From Adineta vaga (lineage: Eukaryota; Animalia; Rotifera), in assembly GCA_021613535.1 (NCBI GenBank), contig CP075492.1, forward strand, positions 3,844,001 through 3,908,000: DNA of 64,000 nucleotides, written 5' to 3'. Under the pieces are notes generated by a model that saw nothing but the letters and a program-made list of their open reading frames with translations, searched no databases and was not told the DNA's origin. A program made the position numbers and the translations under genes. This document shows, piece by piece, positions 50,220-63,150 of the stretch (position 1 is its first letter; every line of letters starts with the position of its first letter).

Positions 50220-52220
50220 ATGATGAAGTATATTGTTTTTACATGGTATTTCTTATTTCTATTTTGTATTTTATCACCATATATTGATTGTCAAACGTGT
50301 ATTCCATTCAATTCATGGCCAATAGTAAAAGCAAATTGGTCAAGTTGTTCAGTTCTTTCCGATGGAGTATTTCGATTGATTTTATTCATACATATGACTT
50401 TTTTTTTTAAATAATTTTCTAGACATTAACAGTCAACAATATCAATGCTGAATGTATACGCTTAACTGTTCCTATCAATTGGAGTTCAACAAATCTTACT
50501 AATTGTACTGGAACAATTGAAATCTTTGTTAAACGTTATTTTCTATCTGGATATCAAAATACATCTCATCATTTATGGCGAATTCCAGGTTCGATCCTCT
50601 CCCATTCTTCTGTGAAATATTAATTGAATAGTCTCGCATAGGTGGTGGTGGTATTCCAATTTCTACATTAGAATTCGAAGCAATAAGTGTTGTTGGTGCA
50701 TTGAATGGTTCTGTCTCAATTTATATGACAGATAAACGTGGTGTTGGTCAAAGTAGTTTATTAGAATGTCCAACATCGATTATTAAAAACTTTACAGCTT
50801 GTTTACCATTTATTCAAGCAAATCAATATCGTTTACAACAAAATACATATACAAATACTGCACACGATTTAGAATATGTTCTCAATGTAATTGGAGGTAA
50901 AAATCGTGAAAATATTAAATCAAATCAACGAGTTATTCTAATGGCATCAAGTCAAGGAACGTATCTTGTACAACGATATCTTAGTGTTACACAAGATTCT
51001 GAACAAGTTGATGGAGTTATATTCGATTCTATTTTACCAACTGATATAACTCGATTTATTCATGGTGATAAATATTTAAATTATATATTCTTAGATTTAT
51101 TTACGCGTTGTTCACAAGATCGACAAGGTTGTGCGAAATATTTCGAAAATGAAAATCCTCTACGTTCTTTGTATATTTACAAAATGAATGAAGATTTCTT
51201 TGATCAATCCTCTTGTCTTTATTTATTAAATGCAAATACGGTTGAACTTGCAAATAAAGTAAGAAAAAAAAAGAATTAACCGAAACATCTGATTTGATTT
51301 GTTTAGATGTCATTTATATTCTACCCACAAATGATGCAATTATTACCTGCATTGATCTTTCGAATAAATCGATGTAATAAAGAAGATCAAAAGGTTTTAA
51401 AATATTTTCTAAATGTGACACAACCACCAAACGAAGATGAAGCACCAGGATATTCGATTTTAGTTGAATTAAATAATAATTTAGCAGAATTATGGGGACC
51501 ATTAGATCCTAAAGAAACAAATCCTACTTGTGAATATTTAAAAGGAATCTCAATGAATACATTTGCGTCAACACATGTTATGCCAGATATTTATTGTCCA
51601 ATTCAACAAACTAGACAATTGGGATATCCAACTGATCAATATTATCGAAAGTATCCAACAACAAAGACAAAATTGCCTGTTTTATTACTACACGGTAATC
51701 TTGCACAAATAAATAACCAACGAATCAAATTTCAGAGACATATATTGACATTTGATCTGTTTTTAGGTGATATGGATCAAGCCTTACCTGTTCCAATTTC
51801 TCGACATTTTGTGAAAGAATATTCACTTGTAAATTCTCATCTAACTTATATCGAACTGCCACGAACTGGTCATACTCCTACAGGTAGATATTTTTCTGTA
51901 CAAAAAGCAAGCATCGAATAGAATGTTTTCTAGGTGCATCACCGATGATCGATGCAGAAGGTAGTTGTGGTTGGAATCTAGCTATATCATTTATTTTATC
52001 AGAAACATTCGAACCGGATCGTTCATGTTTAAATAAAATTAGTGAAATAGATTTTGCTGGAACAACAATGAAAACAAAACAAATTGCAATGCAGTATTTT
52101 GGAACTGATAATATGTGGGACGCAGAGAAAACAAATGCAACAGTGATCAATACGGCAACGAGTATAGAATTAACTCATTTCGTTTTGAAATTTGGTATTG
52201 TTTTGATCATTTTTTTATAA
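50220..52220 (+). CDS. Secreted alpha/beta hydrolase, TAP/S33-like, with hydrophobic (GPI-like) tail
   Basis: Signal peptide, AECIRLTVPINW, WRIPGGGG, DKRGVGQS, nucleophile elbow ASSQG, HGDMD and PRTGH, then C-terminal FVLKFGIVLIIFL*. Confidence 0.8.
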
Positions 52221-52782
52221 AATCAAGAAAAATAAACTTTCGGTTACTATAGAATTCGATTAGTAATAACTCTTGTTTATCTTATGCTGAGATTCTCTCG
52301 ATAATGTTAATAAGTAAATAGAAGAAAAAGTAGATGAACTGCAGGCATAAGTTTCCCGTGACTACGATGCAAAAAAATTGATTAAATCTGATGCAATAAG
52401 AAAAAATTCTCGGTTTTAAAATCGATAGTATCCTCTTTGAAAAAAAATATAATAGGATTCATAATATCTGTCGAATGTTTCTTATTCACAAAATGCAGCG
52501 ATCTCCTATCGAACTGAACTATGCGTAGTTAGCATTCAGATGATTTAATCATAAATTATTAGAAATGGATTTCACATATGAATTAATCAGCATAATGATC
52601 ATCGTTCTCTACTGTTCTAGATATGTGAATGTTAATGAACTACGAGAGAGAAAATATGTTTGATGCTTTCACAGAGGCTGATAGATAACTACTTATACGA
52701 AAAAAATGAGCTCTATTCTTTGTTTGTTGTTCGTCATGAATAAAAATCTCTAATGTCATTTTATGCCCTAAAGGTCAGTTTT

Positions 52783-52806
52783 CATTTTAAATGACGTATT
52801 GTAAAA
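52783..52806 (+). promoter_or_regulatory. Conserved upstream motif with CRE-like TGACGT (copy 2)
   Basis: cattttaaatgacgtattgtaaaa matches 48122-48145. Confidence 0.45.
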
Positions 52807-53096
52807 ACAATCGAAATGTAGGATTAAATGCACCAATTTGCTCTCAAAATATTGTTTTTCTACTTATGTTTCAAGTGGAAACTGGCATATCAAAAACGTC
52901 ATGAGAAAAACGCAATACCTCAAGAAAATTTTCTTTGTCATGGTGATTCAAAAATTTTAAAGATAATTGTTAATTGAAATCTTATTCTTACGAAATAACG
53001 TTCTAATTGAAACGATCCCTATAAAATCCGATGTGAAGAAGTAAATGAACAAAGCATTCGTCGTTTCAATTCCAAATTCAAAAATAAATTTATACA

Positions 53097-54322
53097 ATGG
53101 CACTGACTATTCCAAGTCCTGCTGAAAATGTGATTGAGAATGAACCACAAAGTAATCAAGTTGATGCAAAAAATGATACAAATATTCCTGTAGAAAGTGT
53201 CAAGTTTGTATATTTAGTTATCAAATAGAATAAAAACATTCGATTTCTATTCTTATTTAGAACACAAAGACTACGTTTCTTTATCAAATTTCTGCTAGGT
53301 TCATTAATCTTATTGTTTGTTGTGTCAGCGATAGTTCTTCCAGCCGTCCTTGTAACTCTACTAAGATCAACAACAACAACAACAACAACTTCTATCGGCC
53401 TAACAACAACTACAACTACTGCTAGCACAAGTAAGTTTTAATCGTATCAAAATGTTTTGTTTATTAGAAATCTTCCCTTCTAGCTACTGTTACTTGTGCA
53501 ACTGGTTACACGCTCACACCATCATCTACATGTGTAAATACAATGATAGATTTCAATAACTGTGGAACAGTTGGTTATGTTTGTTCTTCAAACTACACAA
53601 GTTGTTCAGCTGGTGTCTGTAGTACACGTCCTGCAGTTGCTCTTGCTGGTGCGATTCCTGTTCCTGGTTTTAATACTACAATCAACAGCATCGATGATGC
53701 AACTACTGTAGTCACTCTTCCATTAAATATTACCTTATACAATTATACAACGAATAGGATAACTGTTTCAAGTAATGGAGTAAGTTTTTATGACATTTAA
53801 CAGATGAAAAACGTTAATTGAATATCTATTGAAATTTAGGTTGTCTGTTTGGGTTCGTGTTCCACTTCATATTCAAACACTAATTTGCCAAGTAGCAGTT
53901 TTGGAGGACCTACAGTATTTGGCTATTGGGATGATTTAATGATTGCTAGGAATACTTCACAAACAATTTACTATGGTGTTAGCGGAACAGCACCGAATCG
54001 AATAACAACATTTGAATTTTACGAAAGTCATTATAGTTCATCAACACAATATTATCATTTTCAAATTATATTCAATGAAAATCAATCAAACGTTGTCAAA
54101 TGTTTCTATTTTGATATGTCAAATGGAGGTGCGACAGGTACCATTGGTATACAAGGTATATGTTACTTTGATTATATATACTCATAAATCAATTTCTTTT
54201 TCTTTTCATTTTTAGCGTCAGCATCTGGATCCAGTATTCTTCATGCATACAATCAACTAAACGCGGTCTCGTATAATACTACGTTGACATTCGATACAAA
54301 TACCGGCATATTAACTGGTTAA
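53097..54322 (+). CDS. Type II TM protein: Thr stalk - STIG1-like Cys motif - NIDO-like/bacterial beta-domain (copy 2, intact)
   Basis: It has the same 5-exon layout as copy 1, a poly-Thr (aca)n stalk, and motifs DFNNCGTVGYVC, GYWDDL and GTAPNR. Confidence 0.8.
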
Positions 54323-54774
54323 TAAATGACACATCAACATATAACTGAATGATATTTTCTTATTTCCTCCGCAATTTAAGTTTTATTGTTAACATCCACA
54401 AGATATTAATAAAGTTTTCTAAAGATCCTTTCATAACTTTTCGAACAAATGTAGAAAACTTTTTATACGATGTAAAAACTCATTCTTCTCTTTCGTGCGC
54501 ACTTTTTGTTCTTAGTATACGTAGATTGTAACAGACTCAGTGACAAATATGTCAGATAATATAACGTTACAGTTGGCATATACGTATACTATATAGAACG
54601 AAAAGGACGATAGCGAATAGTTGTATCTATAGAAACTCGAAATACGTGTCACCTTATTATACGTTCTCTCCTATATCTTTCACTTATTCTTACTTAACTA
54701 TAAATTCACCTTGTTTTTTACTCTTTCTTTACACAAAGCAAAATTATTGTAGTATTCTAATTCACTATACAACA

Positions 54775-55352
54775 ATGTCAACACTTTATTATACGTTGAG
54801 CAACACTGTTTTTCGGAACTTTCTATTCTATGCAGTCGCATCCGTTCTCAAAATGATGGTCATGTCAATACTAACCGCTCGACAACGATTTCGCAAGAAG
54901 GTTAGTAGCCGATTATAATATGCCAAATAGATATTTCATTTGTTTTTTTATCGTTTTGAAAGGCATTTGCTAATCCAGAAGATATTCGTCCAAGTAAAGG
55001 AAAAACAATTCAACCAAATACATCAGATCCTGATGTTGAACGTGTTCGTCGTAATCACTTGAACGATATCGAAAACATTATTCCATTTGTTTTGATTGGC
55101 TTCTGTTATATCGCTTGTAATCCAGATGTAACGACTGCACTTTGGCACTTTCGAATCTTCTTCTTTTCACGACTTTTTCATACATTTGCGTATCAGGTTC
55201 TATCGAATTGAATTCTTATAACTTGGAAATTCAATGTACTTTGTTTTGTTATTTAGATTCCATTACCACAACCAAGTCGTGCCTTGGGTTTTTTTATTGG
55301 ACTGATTGTAACTATATCAATGGCTGTACAAGTTTTACTTCGCGTTTATTAA
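54775..55352 (+). CDS. MGST1: Microsomal glutathione S-transferase 1 (MAPEG), copy 1, 3 exons
   Basis: LKMMVMSILTARQRFRKK|AFANPED...DPDVERVRRNHLNDIENIIPF...WHFRIFFFSRLFHTFAY|PLPQPSRA. Confidence 0.92.
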
Positions 55353-55972
55353 GCAAACATTGATGAACATTTAGCTAGATGTTTTCAACTATTTTGACAA
55401 TTTAGTTTCGATTTGAAAAATTTTAAATGTCTCTTTAAACTCTACTAATCCAAATTATAATTCAATGTTGTTTCAAAGAAGAATCATGGTCGAAATCTAT
55501 TTCTTGTCACGACATGATATTTAGAGAACTAATCTGATAGAATATGAAATTGAAAACTGAAATTAAAATTATTTGCCATTCTAGTATAAACAACTGCACA
55601 CATTTATGAAGTAAAATAATGTTCATACTGAAGGAAAGAATAATTATTCGAAAAGAATATAAAATATCTTTGTTTCTTTAAATAACTGAGCACTATGAAT
55701 TTATATTCACAGTGAAAGAAAACGTTTAGGAGAGAAAACTGATTTGAAAAATTAACTGTGACGTATTACGCTTTCATAGGTAGATACGCGTACTACGAAG
55801 AACGAAAAGAACGATAGCGTACAACTTTGTCTACAAAACATGAAACACGTGTCACACTTTTATCCGTTCTTTCTTATTATGGTTTTTTCTCCATGTATAT
55901 ATAAACTTGTCTTGTTTTTTTCTGTTTCACATTAAGTAAAGTTACTGCAGTATTCTAACTTACTAAACAACA

Positions 55973-56549
55973 ATGTCAACACTTTATTATACGTTGAGCA
56001 ACACTGTTTTTCGGAACTTTCTATTCTATGCAGTCGCATCCGTTCTCAAAATGATGGTCATGTCATTACTAACCAGTCGACAACGATTTCGCAAGAAGGT
56101 TGGTAGCCGATTATAATATGGCAAATGACGTTTCATTTGTTTTTTTATCGTTTTGAAAGGCATTTGCTAATCCAGAAGATATTCGTCCAAGTAAAGGAAA
56201 GACAATTCAACCAAATACATCAGATCCTGATGTTGAACGTGTTCGTCGTAATCATTTGAACGATATTGAAAACATCATTCCATTTGTTTTGATTGGCTTC
56301 TGTTATATCGCTTGTAATCCAGATGTAACGACTGCACTTTGGCACTTTCGAATCTTCTTCTTTTCACGACTTTTTCATACATTTGCGTATCAGGTTCTAT
56401 CGAATTGAATTCTTATAACTTGCAGATTCAATGTATTTTGTTTCGTTATTTAGATTCCATTACCGCAACCAAGTCGTGCTTTGGGTTTTATGTTTGGACT
56501 GATTGTAACTATATCAATGGCTGTACAAGTTTTACTTCGCGTTTATTAA
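55973..56549 (+). CDS. MGST1: Microsomal glutathione S-transferase 1 (MAPEG), copy 2, 3 exons
   Basis: Near-identical tandem duplicate of 54775-55352, including the introns. Confidence 0.92.
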
Positions 56550-56866
56550 ACAAACATTGATGAACATCACATGATTTAGCTAGATACTTTCATTTTTTGC
56601 ATAATAAAGTTTTCATTCGAGAAAAATCAAATTAAAGTTTAGATTCTAACGCATCAATTGCAAACTATGATTGAAAGTTTTTTTTCAGACAAAAACCTCG
56701 CTCGAAACTATATTCAGTGGTATTTTAGATTAAAATCTGACATAGATATTCTCCTCAATTCTTATCAGATAAACTATATTGTTTGAACCATGATCGAAAT
56801 AATTCATTATTTGCAAGTCTAATTTTAAATATTCTCTATATTCAAATTTCTTTATTCAATAAAAGA

Positions 56867-58321
56867 TCAAATGTATAGACTAATTGATTCACATTCCGCT
56901 GCATCACGAAGTCTCGTTTTTGCTTCTATGGAAAATGCACATTCGAAAATGTCGACTCGTTTCAATGTTTGATTATGTTTGAGCAGATCAATAAAAGAAT
57001 AAACACTTTTATCAGTAATTGATTTGTTTGTATGAAGAGATAAAATACGAAGAGTTCTATTTTCTTGAGTAAGAGCATTTATTAATAATTTTGCACCATC
57101 ATCAGTAATATTATTTTTATGTAAACAAAGTATTTCTAATGTTTCATTTACTCGAATCATTTCCACTAAATAGATTACACCTTGCTTTGTTGTTCCTGTT
57201 GAACCGAGATTAAGTTCACGTACAGTTAGATTGAACATAAGTCCTTCAGTTAAATATTGAATACCTCGATCAGATAGATTATTATAAGATAAATCTAATT
57301 TTTTCAATCGAATATTGTTATGTAATATATTGGAAATGATCAAAGCACCTTGATGTGTTATTTGATTTTTTCTTAAATATAAACCTGAACATTGTCGACG
57401 AAGAATCGCTTTGTTCATAATAATTTCAATATCACGATCGGTTACATTTCGATTAGTTAAATCCAATTCTACACCAAATGTACAATGTTCAGCGATATAA
57501 TCTTCTAATTCAATATTTTCATGTGGAATTAGTTCTGAAAAAGATCATCAGACTCTTCTTGCTTTACTTGATAAACTTACTATTTAGTTGATCCCATATT
57601 TGATTAATTTCAGACTTTTGATTTTTCAGTTGATTTTTCATAAGTTGATTATCTTGTCGAAGCTCATCTACGAAATTTCCTTGTACTTCAATGATATGTT
57701 CTAATCGTTTTGTTTCTTCTTGTTGTTTCGTATTTATTTGTTTATATATTTGACTTTCATTTTGTTGTTCAGACAGTTTTTCATTCAATATTTTCATTGT
57801 TCGATTTATTTCAGTCTTTTCACGTTCATGTTGTTGTTTAAGAATATTCAATTGCTCAATATATCGATCAACTGAAATATTATAAAACAGAACAATTTAT
57901 CGGTTAGCTATCAAATTAGTTTCTTACTTGGTACCCGCGCGGGACTCATAATTGGAACATTAATATCAGATCCTTCATTTCTTGAAGAAAATAAAGGTAA
58001 TTCTGCACAAAAGTTACTCATATGTATTTCGAACTGATCACGACGAATATGTGATTGATTACATCTTATACATGTAACTAATAATTGATTGAGTGCATGT
58101 AAAAGAGTTCCATTTGTCTCAGGGAAAATTCTCTCGATTGAACGTCGACATAACGGACATGTTTGACCACGTCGACGCCAACCTTCGATACATTTTTGAC
58201 AAAAACAATGATTACATTGTGTTCGATATGGTTTAATAAATGGGCACATGCATATATTACAGACTAAATTTGCATCGATTTCGTTTTCATTTATATATTG
58301 ATAGTTGAGGGATGATGCCAT
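56867..58321 (-). CDS. RING + TRAF-type zinc finger + coiled coil + ribonuclease-inhibitor-like LRR protein (3 exons)
   Basis: RING CNICMCPF..CNHCFCQKC..CPLCR, then CIRC..HMSNFC, a Q/E/K-rich coiled coil (57564-57851), and LKKLDLSYNNLSDRG-type 28-aa LRRs. Confidence 0.8.
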
Positions 58322-58590
58322 TAAGTTTCTAGAACAGGATTGATAGAAAATAAAATTTTCGTTTTATGTTTTTTCTTCATGAGTAAAGTCTTCTTCCTTT
58401 CTCTTTCGATGACATCAATAAAAAAAACTTCTTTTATTGTTCTTTCGATATAAATAGTCTTTTACAAAAAAGTAAAGTTAATACATGTTTCGGTAAAGAT
58501 TATTTGTCAGAATAAAAGTCGTAAATATATGTCAACAACATTGAAACAGAAAACTCTTACGAACAAACAACAAATAATTCATGAAGTTCA

Positions 58591-59684
58591 TTATTCGGAA
58601 AAGGTTAATTTTCTTTTTCTTTTCTTTGAACTTGCATCTTTTAAATCTTGTAAAGCTTCATCAGATAAACTACAATATTGAATAGAAAGTTCTTTTAATG
58701 TTTGATGTTGTCCAACTATGTCCAAAAGTGCTTCTAATGATTGATCAGTGATGAATCTATTGAATGAAATATCTAATTTTTCCAAAGATAAATTGAATTC
58801 ACAAAGAACATCAGCTAATAATCGAACACCATAATCTGTAATACCCGTTTGTGGTAAAGCAAGAAGAGTTAATGAAGGATTTTTTTGTAAGAGACGAATT
58901 AAATGTTCAATTGCTTTGTCTCCAATGTCACGATTATTTGAAAGACAAAGACATTTCAGATTTGTTTTTGTTAAAAGTAAATCATCAACAAGTATTTTAA
59001 TTCCATTGGATGAAAAGAAATTATTACGAAGAATAAGTCCAGTACAATTATTCTCTTGACGATAGAATATTTCTTGTATGATCAATGGTAAATCATTATC
59101 AATTAAATTCATTGATGATAAATTCAAAATACCAGTCATTTTCAATTCATTATCATTTGCAAGTTTGTCTTTTAAGCGTGTTAGTTTTTGTTCAATGTCT
59201 ACAGGAGAAAGTACGTCTTTGGTGTTATTTGTCTCGTCGAGCTTGAAATAGATTATGTTAAATTGCGATAAAGAAATGAACTATATACATTACCGACATA
59301 TGTGTGAGATGCACTGCCGTTTTGTGAATATTATTTTGACGTTCAACTGAAAGTTGATCTGTTGTAGTTGATTTTGAATGGTATTCATTGACGAATTGAA
59401 GTGCATTAGATACTACGCGAGTTGTTCGTACTAATGGTGGTCGACTTTTTTTTGTTCTATAAAATAATCAATGTTATTCTCTTAGAAAAAGCTACTAAAT
59501 TGTATGTAATATAGAATATCTAGAGAGAGTCGTGAATAGATTCTATATCTTACCTGGTTTTTGTGTTTTTCTTATCACGTAAAGAACCTGTTTTGGAACT
59601 ACGTCTTCGTAATGGTGGACGAGTTTGTCGAAGTGGACTAATCTCTCGATCAGCTTCGGACAAAACGATTGATTTTCTAGGCAT
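58591..59684 (-). CDS. RI-like LRR protein with basic low-complexity N-terminus
   Basis: Starts MPRKSIVLSEADREISPLRQTRPP at 59684. The last exon has LRRs (LNLSSMNLIDND, LCLSNNRDIGD, LDISFNRFITD) similar to the neighbouring gene's LRR module. Confidence 0.72.
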
Positions 59685-60656
59685 TTTATTCAAATATGAA
59701 AGTGTCGTTTGTCTTACTATCGAACAACAATTTACTCATGTGAATGTTATTTTGAAAGTTTTAAGAAAAAAAAGTTGTTAATAATAGCTTTTTGTTCAAT
59801 AATATGACTTTGAGAGTTATCATTGTTGTTAAATGTATTTCCTTCTTTTGAAATTTTTCATATAAACGGAATTGATGTATCGTTAATTGTTCCAGTCACG
59901 TAAAGAAAATCATGAAGAAAACGAGGTAGTTAGAAAGTCATGTCCTGGAAGCTTCATATCAAGATATAAAGAAGAATGAATCAGGCGAAGGACACAGATC
60001 GATCAGTTGTTTGATAATTATTGAACAGATCTTCAAGATAAACGAGATGATATAGTACATAAAGCGAGAGAAATACTTTCTGAATATATGTACAACTTCA
60101 ACGGAATGATAAAGATATTGTTCCGGCTTTGTCTTTTTTTCGTAGAGAAGAGTCTTGCAAGATTGTCTGTTCGCATTTCATGAATCGATGAAAAAACTAT
60201 GTAAAAAATGAAAGGAATAAGTTTTTATGTTTTAAACATATCGTTGATTTTACCGATATTGACATCATCTATTATTATACCCTATATAAGCATTTGTTAT
60301 ATTGCGCAGTTCTTCAATAAACACCTATAATATCAGTAACGATTAGCTACTCATCCAATTTGTTGCTATATGAATCAAATGGTTTCTATCAATATCTTAA
60401 TTAATAAAACAAAAGATTTTTAAAGAAGAAGTACATAAATAATACTTTGAGTGTATTTTAGTATTTTTCAGACAAGAAAGAAGAGTTATCAGTTTTATTT
60501 ATTTATTTATATCAAGAATTATTATGATATCATATTTGCAAACTCGTTTAATTTTTATCTACGAAGACAAATTCAGTTTAAATCATTCTTTTTTTAAGTA
60601 GGAAAAAAGTCCATTCCAGACAAAATTTAACTAAACCCTTATTTTTATTCAAAAAC

Positions 60657-61216
60657 ATGAGACAAAGCATCATTACTGTGTTTCTATTTTTGAGTTACAT
60701 TGGTAAGAATACGTTCGATACTATATTATTGCATTGAAATGTTCGCTGTAGAAATTATAAAAACATCATCTATTCTACGGGATACAACCGAACATATTGC
60801 TGATCGATGTTATTATTGTTCTATTTGTCCTCAACCATTTAGTCCCGATGGAGAACATGTTCAAACGACAACTTCGGCAACTGGTTGGTGTCTTGTAAAT
60901 TTCTTTTTTTTGTACAAAAATCTCATCGATATAATCAACTATATTGATTTAGTCAAAAAGTGTATCAAATGATACAGATAATGACTATGAACTTGGTGTT
61001 GCTCATGATGGTCTCTGTCATGAAGAAGGTTGCTCATGGATTGTTGAAGATACGAAAACCTGGTGGATCTGTTGTTGTAATGAACATCTGTGTAATAAAG
61101 GTGTTCCACACCCACCTACTACAACAACACCTTCAACAAGTCCAGCACCGATAATGAAACTCGTCATTACTTTATTTACTATTGCATTGATAATTTCGAC
61201 AAGTTTTGCATTATAG
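60657..61216 (+). CDS. Ly6/uPAR (three-finger) GPI-anchored protein, 3 exons
   Basis: Signal peptide, RCYYCSICP...GWC|...LC..GC...ICCCNEHLCN, then an S/T/P stalk and a hydrophobic C-terminus. Confidence 0.8.
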
Positions 61217-61438
61217 ATAGCTAAACCTAGAAAAAAAACTTAAAATAGACAACTATTTGTCAATTCTGTATTTTCTCTAGATAACCATCGTGTTGATTGA
61301 AAATAAAAACATAAAACTGTTGACATGATTTGTTAACGTCAATGTGTGTTTTGAGATTGCAATAATACCAACTGAGTTATTGTTTTTTACTTTGGATTGA
61401 TTCAGATAATTTTATTACTATAATATAAAAAATAAATT

Positions 61439-62362
61439 CTAATAAAACATCAAATAACCGAAGCATAAGCAAAGAAAAAGAATAAATAAATAAATATGAA
61501 AGTTTATATGAGAGCAGATCGACAATACATCTGTAATTTGTTGATTTTTCATTTGAATTTTTGTTGCTGCTAATACATCCAATGGTTTCAATTGTTTGTT
61601 ATCATCAATTTCAATCCATCCATAAACTTCCGATGTATCTTGAATATAATAAGAACCATTTTTATAAACAACCGGAATTTCTCGAGAATAATTATGTGTC
61701 CAATAATGAAAATAATAATTTTGCTCAGCAATTCGAATTGCATTTGGTAAAACATCGACAATAATAGCAACATGTCCATAAGGTGCGTATTTATTTATTG
61801 GATAAATTAAAATTGATTCATTCACAGGTGGCGTTGGTGAACCATTTGGATGATGTTTCAATGGAAATTTTTGTTTATCAATAACTCGTTCAACATATTT
61901 CAATTGTGTCCACATATCATTAGCTCCGTTAATACTTTCAAATACGGAACTTTTACGTAAAAATGTCCATCGACGAGCATATTCTACACATTGCCATTTT
62001 AATCCCATATAAACTCCATAGAGATAACTATCTTGATGAGAATAGTACGAATCATTTCCATTTGAATAAGCTGGAACATTGGATGATGCAACACCAAGTT
62101 TAGCATTGTATGGAGCAAGTTTTTTGTCAACGGTCGATCGTTTTTCTATGAAAAGAAATAAAATATTTCAAATGAACATTTTTCAAAATTCAAAATCAAT
62201 GATTCTAATAAAAACAAACGATAATCAACCTTTTAATAATTGAGAATATGGTAATTTCAAAGACTTTTGATTGACATCAATATTCGATACACGTGTTAAG
62301 TCTGTACATTGAGAATATTGATAAATAACAGTTAGGAAGCAGAATAAGAGGATAAGCTTCAT
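61439..62362 (-). CDS. Secreted CHAP-domain amidase (glutathionylspermidine-amidase-like) with hydrophobic tail, 2 exons
   Basis: Signal MKLILLFCFLTV, then APY..KLG...VPAYSN, GLKWQCVEYARRW, YGHVAII and AEQNY. C-terminal IYLFILFLCLCFGYLMFY*. Confidence 0.87.
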
Positions 62363-63150
62363 TATAAGACGTCTTCGATAACTGAGACAAAAAGGAAATC
62401 GTCGAGTCATGGCATCATATCAGAAAAAGAAGAACAAGAATATGTCAAGAAATCCCGTTGGTTAATATCTTTTACGAATGGAAACCATGAAGAAAAAACT
62501 GTCGATAGAAAGCGCTAGATTTCTTTCTGAACAACATAATGCGAATTTTCAAATAAAAGATCGAATAAAACAAAAATAACATACATACCCATCGTAAAAA
62601 CAAATAACTATATTGAAAATATCAGGTGAATAAATCATCATTATCATTAATGAATCGATATAATATACCACCTGTATAGTGTGCTTGTAAGTAAACAAAT
62701 ATACAGCAACGATATAAATAAAAAGTGTATCATCGAAATTATAAATTTTCGCGCGTACACACGTTTCAAATATGAATAACAATATTTCGTATAACTTATT
62801 CAAAAGTTTGACCATTAGCGCCCTCTGTTTTTATTTTGTTCATTCAGTAAATATTCGTCAGGGATTTATTGAAAATTATTGATAGTTCAAGAGAAATTGC
62901 GTGAGATGTATTGCAAATAAAATGTGAACATTAAGAATCATCATAGAAAATGTGCATACTAAATAAGAATGCGTATATAACTTCTTATCGAATACTAACT
63001 CTGACATTATAGTCATGAGTATTATATTTAATATCAAGCATTGAATTACCTTGTATCTCATATAAAAACTTATTGACCTAAGGAATAAGTTGATGCAAAT
63101 ACTTAAATATATATTCTTTGGTTATTCAGTACAAGATATTTCGAAAACAA

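Noticed and set aside
53367-53420. (ACA)n microsatellite
   Set aside because: It encodes the poly-Thr mucin-like stalk and is included in the CDS.
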